Origin: Camelus dromedarius | Lineage: Eukaryota | DNA length: 64,000 nt | Reading direction: 5' to 3' | Assembly: GCF_036321535.1 (NCBI RefSeq) | Contig: NC_087472.1 | Span: forward strand, 101,248,001-101,312,000 | Shown: in pieces, positions 27,360 through 39,433 of the stretch | Numbering within the stretch: position 1 is the stretch's first letter | Layout of the letters: the number at the start of each line of letters is the position of its first letter | Position numbers and translations under genes: made by a program | Notes under the pieces: generated by a model | Databases searched by the model: none | Told to the model about the DNA's origin: nothing | The model's input: the letters and a program-made list of their open reading frames with translations, nothing else

Positions 27360-28050
27360 TAATAACAATATTTATCAAGCATTTGCTATATGCACGGTGC
27401 TAAGAGCTTTACATGCAGTCTTATTTAGTCCTTAACAATAGCCCTTCGAGAAAGGTACAATTACTGCCTTTTTAAAAATGGGGAAACTGAAGTTCAGAGA
27501 AATAAAGTAACTTGTCTAAGATTTTCACAGCTAATAAGTGGAGTAACTGGGATTCATACACAAATGGTCTGATTTATGAGCCTAGGTTCTTACTTACTGG
27601 GCCATAATGCTTTGGGACGATGAGTATTTATGCCCTTAGATAATTTTGGCCCTAGGATGTGGGAGTGGAGGACGGAAGTAACTATATCAAAAAAGAATGA
27701 AGCACAGTGTGTATGTGTGTGCCTGGGCATGCTTATGCACATGAGTGTTAGCAATGTGTGGAGCAGATGGAGAACTGAAGAAACTGATAGATAGTTGAGC
27801 CTGAAGGAAGAAGAGTACAATGGGATAGTGAAATAGGAATGAATTTTGGAGCCAAAGACTTAAGTGTGAATCTCAGCTCTGCCATTTGTTAACTATATGA
27901 CTTTATGCAGGGCATTTAACCTCTCACGGCCTTGGCTTCTCTGTCAATAAAATAAAAATAATAATATTCATATTGCAAGTTTGTAGATTATACATAAAGT
28001 TTATAAACTGCTCTGTGCAGAGTAGATCCTCAGTTATGGCAGTCATTATT
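27360..28050. mobile_element. Two oppositely oriented MIR SINEs (~27360-27580, ~27820-28050); other MIRs at ~10445-10550, 15820-15960, 16310-16470, 17400-17570, 21170-21365, 22880-23080, 45415-45590, 56770-56890, 58640-58910, 61230-61420 and 63430-63580
   Basis: MIR core motifs ATGGGGAAACTGAAGTTCAGAGA..AAGTAACTTGTCTAAG and AATCTCAGCTCTGCCATTT..TTAACCTCTC. Confidence 0.7.
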
Positions 28051-28889
28051 ATATGTTAGTATATTGCAAAGAAAAAAAGGCAATAATCCTCAAAGGACTG
28101 ATGTCTTGACCCCAAACTGAAAGTTGTTAGCAGAAATTACTTGACTGAAGACATAATTCAAAGTGGCTAGGAAAAGTTCAAAACAAAATTCCTTTAGAAA
28201 ACTGCCTGGGAGACATTGCATCTTTAGATGTGAAAGAAAAAGAAAAAGTAATCAGAAATACAGTTGTTCTCTGGCCCATATGAAGTATCAGTATGGTCAT
28301 AAAGGATTAGTTGATTTTCTCCCCTCTTAGCATCCTCTTCTCAAAGGCAGCCTTGTGCTTTTAGACAATGCTGGTTCTAATCTGGGGGCACCAAGGAAGA
28401 GACCTTAGGGAAGAACAGATTCTTCCCTTAGATGAAGATTGTGTACAACCTAGTGTGTGTCCTTTGGCTGTACATGGTCTTTGTAATTTTACTGATGGGT
28501 TTGGACCCTGAGTTTCAAAACGATGGCAGAAGATAGGAAGACATTTAGAAGTTGTTCTACAAAAGTAAGAAGAAAGGTACTACTGCCAAAAGATGACTAA
28601 GAGGGAATGATAATAGTCCTCTATCATTGGAAAAATATAATGGTCCCAGGGAGAGTAATTAGATAACATAAAAAGTATTCTTGAGAAGGAATATTTAGAC
28701 TCTCAGGAACAATTTCTGCATGTCAAGACTTGTGAAATGTTCCAAAAGAAGGGGCAGAAACTGTCTCCACTGAATCATGGAAAGTCAAGTGAAAATTGAA
28801 CATGATAAAACACTCCAGCTGGGAATCTCCAATCTAGTTCTTGAAGATGCATTTGACAGGACTTAGATTTAAGAAAGATTTTGAACTGT

Positions 28890-29270
28890 AGCCATGAGAA
28901 TGAACAAGCTATTGCTGCGTGAAAACATGGATAAATCTCACTCATGGAAAACATGGCTAAATCTCATTAAGTTTAATGTTATGTGAAAAAAGCTAGACAC
29001 AGAGAGGCATACTGTATGTTTCCATTCATATAAAGGTCCAAAAGAGGTAAAACTAATCTATGTATTAGAAGTTAGGCACCATAGTTACCTTTGGGGTATA
29101 GTGACTGGGAGGAGACAGAAAAGAGTTTTCAGGGGTGCTGGGCACATTATGTTTCTTGATTTTGGTGCTGACTATGTGGGGATGTTCAGTTTCTGAATAT
29201 CCATTGAATTGTATACTCATGATTTATCAATTTTTTTGAATGTATATTTCAATAAAAAGTTAATAGAATA
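28890..29270 (+). mobile_element. L1ME-like 3' fragment
   Basis: ACATGGATAAATCTCA..CATACTGTATGTTTCCATT..AAAACTAATCTATG..TAGTTACCTTTGGGG..TTTCAATAAAAAGT. Confidence 0.75.
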
Positions 29271-29429
29271 AAAGTTTTATCTATGAACAAAGAACAGTTT
29301 CTTTCAAGAGGAGCAAACTCCAAATATCTAACCTCAGAGTTTATTTCTAATTGCTTCGCCCATGAAAATTTTCTCTTTTCTTGAGCTGCAAATTCTTCAG
29401 CTTCATGTGCTGGTCAGAATAACCTTAAT

Positions 29430-29875
29430 ATGTCAGTTCAAGGGAAGAAGTGTATGTTAAGATGGAATTAGATGTGCCGGAGATTTATCAGAAGAAATTC
29501 CTCTGAGGGATAAAGGGGAAGGAAACAGTGTGAAGAACGTTTAGGCCAAAATGTAGATTTGACACCTTTGTAAGGAGGGTGGGGAGGATAGAAGATTGAG
29601 AAGGAAGATCTTCTGTCTATAGCATGGTCCTGAGAAAAATCTCAGCCAAATTGATGGGGAAGTCTTGGGCAAATAATTGCTCAGTAGAGGAAATAATGCT
29701 GTCCCTGCCATGCTCAGTCTTGGCTGGATGCAGCCCAGAGGAAGTGGGGTCTTGGCTTAAATGTTGTAGTGAATTGAAAGTGCAGCAATTTGAGGCTGTC
29801 AGTCAAACACAGTCGCAGCAAGCAGATCCTCTTGAAAAGAGATCTGGGAAATGCATGTCCATGCCCATACCACAG
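29430..29875. mobile_element. ERVL LTR (LTR41-like)
   Basis: GATTTAT..GGATAAAGGGGA..TGACACCT..GTCCTGAGAAAAATCTCAGCCA..GATGGGGA..CATGTCCATGCCCATACCACA. Confidence 0.65.
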
Positions 29876-30671
29876 CTATATATGCTGTGATGCTCATGGC
29901 ATGGGAGTTGGCTACCGCTTGCTCCATACAGAAATGTTATCTAGCATGTTATAAACATTAAGATTACCATGCTCCAACTTATTTCCTTACTATTTAATAG
30001 TAAGGAAAGAAGGAAAAATAAAATGTGGCACATACCATATAAACACAGTTGTTTCTAAATAGAGTGTTTTTTAAAGCTTGCTAGGAAATGAAGAGAGCTT
30101 CTTAAAAGAAAAGCAAATGCTTCTCAGGTTCCATTTTAGCTGACTTTCTAGAGAATATTCATTGAGCTACTTACAGAAAAATGTCTCCTGTTATGTTCTG
30201 CTAGGGTCATAGCACAAAATAATGTGAATATTGTGATCCTGGAGTTTTGACTCCTGTTTCATTGATTTAGCTGCCAAAATTCTCAAGAATAGGCTGTTTG
30301 TTTGAATTAGGGACACCTTTCCCACAACATACAGGTTATTTTTTCCATCCATCCTGTCATCTATACCTAGAAACAAAACCTGGTGATTAGTTTACAAGGG
30401 TCCCTAACACAGTGACAAAATTGCTAACTTCAATGTGACAACTCTTTTTTGCTAGCTATTAGAGTACCAACGATTCCTCCTGCTGGCTCACCACAAATTC
30501 CCATAATTCAAGGGAAAACAGAACCGTTAACCTATTCCTTAACAATGGGGAGTCTCAGTGTATGCAACATATATAAGGATAAAGAAACAAGGTGTACTTT
30601 AAGTACACACAAGATGATTGTCTCCCTGTACTTCCCTGATAACTACAACTATGAACCCTGGAACAAGAGGC

Positions 30672-30698
<27 letters not shown>
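30672..30698. repeat. Poly(A) homopolymer (27 nt)
   Basis: Direct reading; no recognisable retroelement body upstream. Confidence 0.9.
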
Positions 30699-30703
<5 letters not shown>

Positions 30704-31074
30704 CTGAAAGGGGGTAAGAGAAATAGGCAGGTATAATCCTGGGAGCAAAGGGTGTCAGATATTCACCTGACATCTGATACCTGAGAGACTGAGTTAAACA
30801 GAGGCTGATGTCAAGAAATCTGAGGAGGGCACTTGGATGTTGATGTGACCTAGCAGAGAGGCCACAGATGCAGAGGATGCAGTGAGAACTGCTAGCCATC
30901 CTAGCAAGAGAGATTAGAGATTTTACTCTTGCTCTCTTTTCTTCCTTCTGTAAAATTGTTCTGTTCATAAAATTCTGTGATTTGGGAAATTCTCTAAACT
31001 GAAGAAAAATGAAATGATTGAAGTCCCTTCTGTGTAATACACTGATGTCTTGTTCAAAAAATGAATGACCTAAC

Positions 31075-31942
31075 ACAATGATGGGATCAAAGGGACATAG
31101 GAGCCAACCGAAAGGCCTCCCATTGGCAAAAGCTGAAACAATTTGAACAAAATAAAATCATATTGGATTATAACCCAAAGCATAAAATAAATATCCCTGA
31201 GCCCACAATGCTGTAACTCAGTGATTAAATAAACAAACAGGGGAGAAGAGACAAATCTGTGCAGAAGAATCCCAGATTATGTAGAGACACCCTTAAGGAG
31301 GTGGGGTGCTACTCCCCACTCCTTAAGTGTGTGTTGTGCAGCGAGACTTCCTTCCCAAGAGGACAGTATGAAAAGGGGGGAAAAGAGGGAGCTTACAGTG
31401 GAGAGACCTGACCACCACTCCTTCAGCCAGGCGATCAGGGTCACCATCAACAATAAGTCATCACACTGATGGTACATACCCTTGATATGCTGCGGTGAGA
31501 ATGGCACCTTACCTCTGTGGTTTTCCTCCCCAAACCTATGACTCCAGTTTCATCATGAGGAAAATCATCAGAAAAGTCCCAACTGGAGAACATTCTGCAA
31601 AATACCTGACCAGTCCTCCTCAAAACTGCCCAGGTCATCAAAAACAAGGAAAGTCTGAGAAACTGTCACAGCCCAGAGGAACCCAAGGAGACATGATGAC
31701 TAAATGTAATGTCACCAAGAGAACATTTAGGTAAAAACTGAAGAAATCTAAATAAGGTATGGGTTTGATTAATAATAGAACTTCAGTGTTGGTTCATTAG
31801 TTTTGACAAATGTACTATAGTAATAAAAGATGTTAACAATTGGGGAAACTGGATGTCTGTTATAAGGGAATTTTCTGTACTATCTTTGTAACTTTTCTGC
31901 AAATTTAACACTGTTTTAAAGAAAAAAAGTATATTAAAAGAA
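31075..31942 (+). mobile_element. L1MC-like 3'UTR fragment
   Basis: GATGGGATCAAAGGGACATAGGAGCCAAC..TGGCACCTTACCTCTGTGG..GACATGATGACTAAATGTAATG..CTGTACTATCTTTGTAACTTTTCTG. Confidence 0.8.
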
Positions 31943-32544
31943 ATGAATGCAACTCCTTTCACCCTTGAACTTAGGGCAGTGGAAACCCTGTCATTTCTGT
32001 TGGAGAGACTTGCCATGCATGAATTGGGCAAACCTGACAGTCCATCCACACACTGAAGTTGCAGGAACATGCAGCGCCTTTTGTGGCACAAACCATTTGT
32101 GAGAATGATGGCCACGTTCTCGTTTGTTTATAAGCTGCGTGCTAGCGAGGTCAGATGCTGCGTATCTGTGGGAGAACAATAGATTTGATGGCTGAGGAAG
32201 CCCTCGGTAGCTCTTCTTCCAAGAGACAATTGCAGACAGAGAGTCTTGCCCTGACCACAGGGCCAGGCACAGGGGACTGCGGTTTTCCATGATTGGGGAT
32301 ATTTAGGGGCCACCGCTTTTTTTCCCCTTTAACATTAACACTCCTGCCTTGGAGTGTCTCAGTAGTTATTTTTTATGATTGTTTTGGATAATATTCTAAT
32401 TATCAGTGCTCATTACTCCAGGGCAACTTTGCCGATGTTTCCTTTCTCACTAGGAGCTCAATCTGGCTCATTTGTGAATGGATTTTTAAGAAAGGAAAAG
32501 GTGTCTGACACCTGGAAACAGAAGAAGAGTTGGCAGGCGTAGAG

Positions 32545-32547
<3 letters not shown>

Positions 32548-32585
<38 letters not shown>

Positions 32586-32594
32586 TGTCTGTCT
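32548..32594. repeat. (GT)n microsatellite with (CTGT)n tail
   Basis: Direct reading. Confidence 0.95.
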
Positions 32595-33139
32595 CTGAGC
32601 ATCATTTTCCCCATTGGAAGGCAGGCTGGTGTGTGGCCATCTCTGAGCTAGCTATCCTTGGTCCTTTATGTGCCAGTATTTCAACCACACTCACGCCATA
32701 ATTGGCCTTGTTATCCCATCCAGCAAGTTAAGTCACCTCTCCAAAACCAAATCTGGATCTATTTGCCACTTCACCAAAACCCACTGCCTTATTATTTCAT
32801 GCGCCTGCCTCCACATCTCTTTCCCGGCTATAATTTTTTGTTTCTGGTCCTTTCTTCGTGACGAAGTGCACGCTACTCTGGCTTCTCGTCTCATGCAACC
32901 TGGCTTCTCACTTGGCTTGTACAGGGCTCTGCATTGATTTGGACAAACCCTGACAGCCTCAGGTGACGGTCACATGGCTCCAACCCCAAACCCACTCTGT
33001 CCACATGCTCGCTCCACACAGAAAAGGAAAGTGTGTTTCACAGTTACAAGACTTGTACAAGATGGGAGATATTGACTCTCCTTAGAAATAAGACCAAAGC
33101 ACAAACGTGAGAGGAGATAATCATGAATTTAACTACTAC

Positions 33140-33624
33140 TTTTTTAAGGTTTATTTTAATTTTTTTATCGAAATGTAGTTGATTTACAGTGTTTCAGGTG
33201 TACAGCAAAGTGATTTAGCTATACATACAGATATATTCTTTTTCAGATTCTTTCCCATTTAGGTTATTGTAAGATATTGAATATAGTTCCCTGTGCTATA
33301 TAGTAGGTCCTTGTTGCTTATTTTATATATAGTAATGTGTATCTGTTAACCCCAAACTCCTAATTTATCCCTCCCCCCTTTCCTTTTTGGTAACCATAAG
33401 TTTCTTTTCTATGTCTGTGAGTCTGTTTCTGTTATGTAAGTACATTTGTATAGTTTTTTTAGGTTCCACATATAAGTGATATCATATGATATTTGTCTTT
33501 CTCTATCTGACTTACTTCACTTAGTATGACAATCTCCAGGCCCATCCGTGTTGCTGCAAATGGCATTGCTTCATTCCTTTTTAAGGCTGAGTAGTATTCC
33601 ATTATACGCACACACACAGACACA

Positions 33625-33668
<44 letters not shown>

Positions 33669-33730
33669 TATACCACAACTTCTTTTTCCATTCATCTATC
33701 AGTTGACATTTAGGTTGTTTCCATGTCTTT
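33140..33730 (-). mobile_element. 5'-truncated L1 3' end with an internal (CA)n expansion
   Basis: Minus-strand translation MEYYSALKRNEAMPFAATRMGLEIVILSEVSQIEKDKYHMISLICGT matches the ORF2 C-terminus; typical 3'UTR follows. Confidence 0.9.
33609..33671. repeat. Interrupted (CA)n microsatellite inside an L1 fragment
   Basis: Direct reading. Confidence 0.95.
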
Positions 33731-35028
33731 AACCATCACTTACTGAAGGTCTCCTACATAAAGAGAACTGAAGTAGGTTCTGTGGGAGATGTAATCCATG
33801 GGTCCTCCCTTGATGCTGACAGTCAAGTCGGAAAAACAAGACATAAAAGGGACGGCGGCTACTGCCGGTACAGTGGGTCCAGAGAGAGAATGTTCTGGCT
33901 CAAAGCCCCTCAGAGCAGTGAGAAGGCAGAAGGTAGAAATAAACTCTGCTGACCCTGGACGTAGGAGTCTTAGTCCTTTGTCAGAGGCAGGAGAGTGTCC
34001 TCGAGGCACTGCTAGCATGGAAACCATCACATGCCCAGTGGGCTTCCAAATCCAGCAGAACCATGGACTTCAACCATGTTCTAGTTTAGATCATTTTCTG
34101 TACTTGTCTTCAATCAGATTAAAATATCAGTTACTGACCTACTTGCCCCCTCCACTTGTTTTTGTTAGATTTCTTGATTATAGAGCAGTCCTTACCCCAT
34201 CTGGGACTGAAGCAAAACCAAACCAAACCAAACCAATCCTGTTACTACATCTGCATCTATCTCAATAAATTCTTTAAAAAAAATACACACAGACACAACC
34301 CTATACAATGTAAAAATCAAATAATATTGTAAATAGATAAATAATGTTTACAAGTTGAAGGGGCTTTTATGGCATATGAATGATCTTCCTTATTGTATAT
34401 GTGCATGTGTAATTTGTACTGGATTTTGTGTGCTTGGATCTTCTTAAAGCAGGATCTTATTGTGTTAAGACCGGAGTTTTTATCAGTTACCTATTACCAT
34501 AATAATATCTTCTTGTATGTTCTCGTCCAACATCTGATTGCTTACAGTAAGTGTTTTAAGTGTTCATTCTCATTCTCACAGATGTGTAAGTTGAGTGAGG
34601 ATAGGACTCAATTGGACGGTTCTCCTTCAGAATGCAAATCTAGATCGACCTTGGTTCTTGGATACATTTTGGCTCTAGTACTCATGCACCTGTCTCTCAT
34701 CCTCTTTGGACCAGTGGGCTCCCTGAAGTATTTCCATATTTGATGACAAATTTATGAAAGGGACAAGCAGAGACATGTGACATCCCTTAAGGCTTTGGCT
34801 GAGAACTGTCACACCAGCCCTTTTGCCCACATTCTATTGGCAAAGCAAATTGTATGGCCAAGACCAATATCGGTAGGGTGGGAACATGTACTTCACTTCT
34901 AGTGGATTCACAAAGCCACATGGATGGCAAATGTCATAAGTACATACAGGAGTAAGGATTCAAAGCATTAAAGCAATCTGCTGGAACTAGAGAGAGGTTG
35001 AGAGCCCCTGTGTGGGGCTCAATAGAAT

Positions 35029-35414
35029 TGTATTAGTCTTCTTGGGCTGCCATAACAGTACCACAGACTGGGGGGCTTAATGAACAGAAATTTGTTGTCT
35101 CACAGTTCTGGAAGCTAGAAGAACAAGATGAAGGTGTGGGCAGGTTTGGTTTCTTTTGATGCTTGCAGATGGCCAACTTCTTCCTATAGTCTGATGTGGT
35201 CTTTTCTCTGTGTGCATGTGTCCCTGGTGCCAATCTGTCCTAATCTCCGCTTCTTATAAAGACAAAAGTCATATTGGATTAGAATTCACCCTAATGTCCT
35301 CATTTTAACTCATTCACCTCTTTAAATGCCCCATCTCCAAATAAAGATTCACATTCGGAGCTACTGGGGTTTCGGATTTCAGAATTTGGGGAGGGTACAA
35401 TTCAGCGCATAACA
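35029..35414 (-). mobile_element. MaLR solo LTR (MLT1A-like)
   Basis: TGTATTAGTC..GGGCTGCCATAACAGTACCACAGACTGGGGGGCTTAA..CTCACAGTTCTGGA..AATTCAGCGCATAACA. Confidence 0.88.
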
Positions 35415-36899
35415 GGGATTGTCTTCTAAAGTAGCTCAAAGCACTTTAGAGGGGAATTTACTGAATTGGTCATTACATGGTGAGGAATTTAGAGGCAAGG
35501 GCAGTGGGAGGGGTCCAGACATGGCTATTGTGTGAATTAGATCAACTTCAGGGAGCTGCTATAGAAAAAGACTGACATACATTTCACTTGGCACAAATGC
35601 CGGGGATTTCCCACCAGCTGAGTCCACCTGAGGTGCTTGTCACTGAAATAAGTCAAAGGAAATATAATAGAGAAGTCAACCTGCTTTTGACAACAGGAGT
35701 CTTTGCATGTTTTAATCCCACCGACCTCAAAATCAGTACAATCCAGGCCAAGTGGTCTGATCATTTTCTCTTGGTCACCCCAACAGAAATTACCTGCCAG
35801 CAATAGGGTTTGTCATTCTGAGGAAGGAAAATCCATCCTACAGCATGAATGTTCCTAGTGGAAAGATATAAGAAACTCTCAACCTGAATAGATAGCTCTA
35901 TACCTACAAGTCAAGAAGCCCTGGTGGACTCATTTTTTGTAAAACAACAAAGTCCAAAACCATAAACAACAAAAACCATTTATAATTTAAATTAGTAAGA
36001 CCAATAACTTAAGCTTTACCAAAAATCACCAAAAGAGAAATGGATGAGCACATTAATGTGACTGGTAATATGCTTTATTGTTCACTTAGAGATTTAATCG
36101 GTGTGGTTTAAAGATGATAGTTCCTTCCTTAATTTTAAAGAGAAATTCTCCTTTCAGTAGATTAGAGGTTAGTAATGTATTTTCTAATAATGAAATTAAT
36201 GTTAATGAATCCAATATTGAAAGGCAGTAGTAACCATTTAAAAGCAAAGGAAGCAGAACTCTACAATCAAAGACATCTAAACCTTTTTTTAAGCTAAGTT
36301 TCCTCTCTTGTTCCTAAGCCCACTATTCTTTTTAACTCTTGAAACTTTGAGTTAATGAAGTGGGGAGTGTAGAGAGAATGGCTACAGTCCAATTTGCAAA
36401 GTAAATATATTTCTTTCTTGTTATGTAATTCAAGAATGTCAAGCATCAGGATTAAAGTGGGCACTAAAAAGCTTTTCTTTTTCTTTCTATTCTTTGGCGG
36501 GGAGGGAGGCACTGGAGAAAGGGGTAAAGATATAGGGACACTCTTTTGATTTTAAACCAAGTTATACAAAATTTCAGTGAAATGGATCCAGATTGAATTA
36601 GAAAATGGACTGAAATAATGCTTACAGCCTAGAGGTTTGCTGCAAACCAGCAGTTACTGTGTGTGGCAGTCAAGGGTGGCTTTCATTTATTCATTTATTC
36701 TTTATGAATATATGTATTTGTTTTTATTTCCCTATTTTGATGACCCATATCATCATGGCTGCTGAATTCTCAGGGAGCCACCTATACTAATATTCTAAGC
36801 ATATCTCCCAGGAAGAAAAACTTTTATTAAAGTTGCTGGGCATGTTTGAATAACATCAAATTAGATAGGGTTTCTGCAGAGTACAACTTGATATTTTTC

Positions 36900-38010
36900 T
36901 TTTAAATCTTTTGAATTGTGAAATAACACACACACAAATAGAAAAGGACAGAAAACAACAATGCATAACTTAATAAATGATTGTGAAATGAGCTCACATG
37001 AATCACAACCCAGGTCAAGAGAGCATTTACAGTGCCCCAGGAAGATCTTGGTGTGCCCTACCTCCTTTGCCAAGAAGTCACTATCCTGATTTTTTTTTTT
37101 AGTATTTAGTTCCTAGTGGTCTTTATACATTGACTTCTTGTATAACCTTAAACATTCTAGCTTAGTTTTGCCTGGTTTTGAACTTTATATAAACAGAATA
37201 ATAGTCTTTACACTTTTTCTTATTATGGTAAAATATACATAACAAAATTTACCATATTAACCACTGTTAAGTATACAGTTGAGTAATATTAAGTACAGTC
37301 CCATTGTTTTGAAACCATCACCACCCTCCATCCCCGTAACTTTTCATCTTATAAAACTGAAACTCTGTGCCTGTTAAACAATAATTACCCATTCTCCCCT
37401 CCCCCCAGCTCCTGGCAACCACCATTCTACCTTCTGTCTTTATGTTTTTGAGTATCCTAAGTATCTCATATAAGTAGAATTGTATAGTGTTTATCTTGTT
37501 GTGATTGGCTTATTTCACTTAGTATAATGGCCACATTTTGACAATCCATTCATCTGTCAGTGGACACTTGAGTTGCTTATTGTTTTAGCTATTGAGTAAT
37601 GCTGTTATAAATATGGGTTTACAGATATTTCTTTGAGGCCTTGCTTTTAACTCTTTTGGGTATATACCCAGTAGCAGAATTCCTAGATCGTATGGTTCAA
37701 ATAAATGGAATAATACAGTCTCTACTCTTTTGTGTTTGATTTGTTTCAGTTAAATTTTGTTGGCGGGGTATACCCATGTTGATGCATGTAGCTGTATTTC
37801 CTCCGTTTGGGGAGTCTATTATTCCACTGTGTGAATATGTTACAGTTTATCCATTCTACTCTTGATGGATCTGTGAGTTGTTTACCGATTGGATCTATTA
37901 TGAATAGTGCTGCTGTGAACATTTTGGCACATGCCTCTGCTGCACACATTTCTACTTTGTATACATCTAGCATTCTGGGTTGCTGACTTATAGGGGTGTG
38001 TACCTTCAAT
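36900..38010 (-). mobile_element. Old L1 (L1ME-like) with a nested L1MA/MB 3' fragment at ~37215-37697
   Basis: Outer element translates to KMFTAALFII (37746-38009, minus strand). Inner: ATACATAACAAAATTTACCAT..CCTGGCAACCACCATTCTAC..GGGTATATACCCAG. Confidence 0.75.
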
Positions 38011-38435
38011 CTTAGTTGACTTGGATTGTGTTACAGTGAAAAGAATGCAAAAACCTATGAGTTAAATAGATACTGTTTTTCAATTTTATTTTTAAACTCC
38101 TTGTAAAAAATAACTTCATTTGCAGGTCTTGCATCAGACTTTTGTTCTGCTCTCAGTAGATGTATACCTCACATTTTGTAAGCAAGGTTTCTGTGTGTGG
38201 GCATGACCCATGGGACACAGAAGGATGACTGCTGCTGTCTCCTAGACATCCAGAACAGGAGCTGGCAAACTAAAGCACCACAGTCTGTTTTCTCTAAATG
38301 AAATTTTATTGGCACGCAGCCACACCTATCATTTACATACTGTATGTGGCTGCTTTTGTGCTACTGTGGCAGAGTTGAGTGATTGTGGCAAAGCCTGTAT
38401 GACCCACAGAGCCCAAAATAGTTACTATCTGGCCA

Positions 38436-39433
38436 TTGCTGCCATGACAAATTACCTCTAATATAGTGACTTAAAACAACACAAATTTATTATTTTATGG
38501 TTCTGTAGATCAGAAATCTGACAGGGTCTCACTAGGCTAAAATCATGGTTTTTGGTTTTTTTTAATCTTCTAATTTATTTTCTTTTTCCTCTTTATTTTT
38601 TTCCAGTTTTATCGTTTTTTCCCCCTCTTTTCCCTCTTTTTTTCTTTTCCTCTCTTTTTCAAACTTGTGTCCAGGACTGACTTTCAGTTGATCGCATTGA
38701 GGGAGCTGCTCTGCTAGGTAGGAAACCCCCACCCAGAAGCAGGTCATCTAGGAATGATTTAGCACAAGGTTTCCCACGAGCCTGCCTTGCATGACTGGTG
38801 AGCGGGTGGCCACCTTTCTGGCCACACCCCGTGTCCCAGGACTAAGGGCTCTCTTCACTGGCCCCTGATCTCTACCCACCGCGGGATGCGCCATGCCACG
38901 TGGGATGGGGATGTATGTGGCGGCTCACCAGCTGTGGCGGCGGGGAACGCTAGAGGCTCCCGTGGTGCCAATAGTAGGAATATCAGTGATGAATTAAATT
39001 TTCATCCCAGAATCTGCCCTATGAAATTCATCATTAGACTAAAATCAAGGTTTTGGTGGGGCTGATATTCTCTTCTGACAGCTCTGGGGGAAAATCTGTT
39101 TCCTTGCCTTTTCCAGCTTCTAGAGGCTGCTGTCATTCTTTGGCTCATGGCCCCTTTTTCCATCGTCAAAGCCAGAGATGTTGCATCTCTCTCTGCTTTT
39201 CTTCCACAGTCACATCGCCCTCTGATGACTGCTGGGAAAGCTTATATGATTAAGGACCCGTGCAATTAGATTGTGTCCTAGACTACTCACATAGTCCAGG
39301 ATAAGCTCCCTCTCTCAAGATCTTTAACTTAATCACATCTTTGAAGTCCCTTCTAGTACATAGGGTGACATATTAATAGATTCTGAGGATTAAAACATGG
39401 ACATCTTTGTAAGCCATTATTTTGCCTAGCACA
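38436..39433 (-). mobile_element. MaLR solo LTR (MLT1D/E-like), interrupted by the 28S retrocopy
   Basis: ACAAATTACC..CTTAAAACAACACAAATTTATT..GGCTAAAATCAAGGT..TCCTTGCCTTTTCCAGCTTCTAGAGGCTGC..., ending GCCTAGCACA. Confidence 0.85.
38553..39034 (-). pseudogene. Retroposed copy of the 28S (LSU) rRNA 3' end with decayed poly(A) tail (SINE28/LSU-rRNA-type retrocopy)
   Basis: 38660-38969 matches the reverse complement of the mammalian 28S terminus (CTTGTGTC..GACTTTCA..GATCGCA..GAGGGAGCTGCTCTGCTA..ACCCAGAAGCAGGTC). T-rich tail 38553-38659; ~20-bp TSD TAGGCTAAAATCATGGTTTT (38533-52) / TAGACTAAAATCAAGGTTTT (39035-54). Confidence 0.92.

Noticed and set aside
38660..38969. Functional rRNA gene or rDNA unit
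   Set aside because: Only the last ~310 nt are present, diverged, with a poly(A) tail and TSD; no other rDNA parts nearby.
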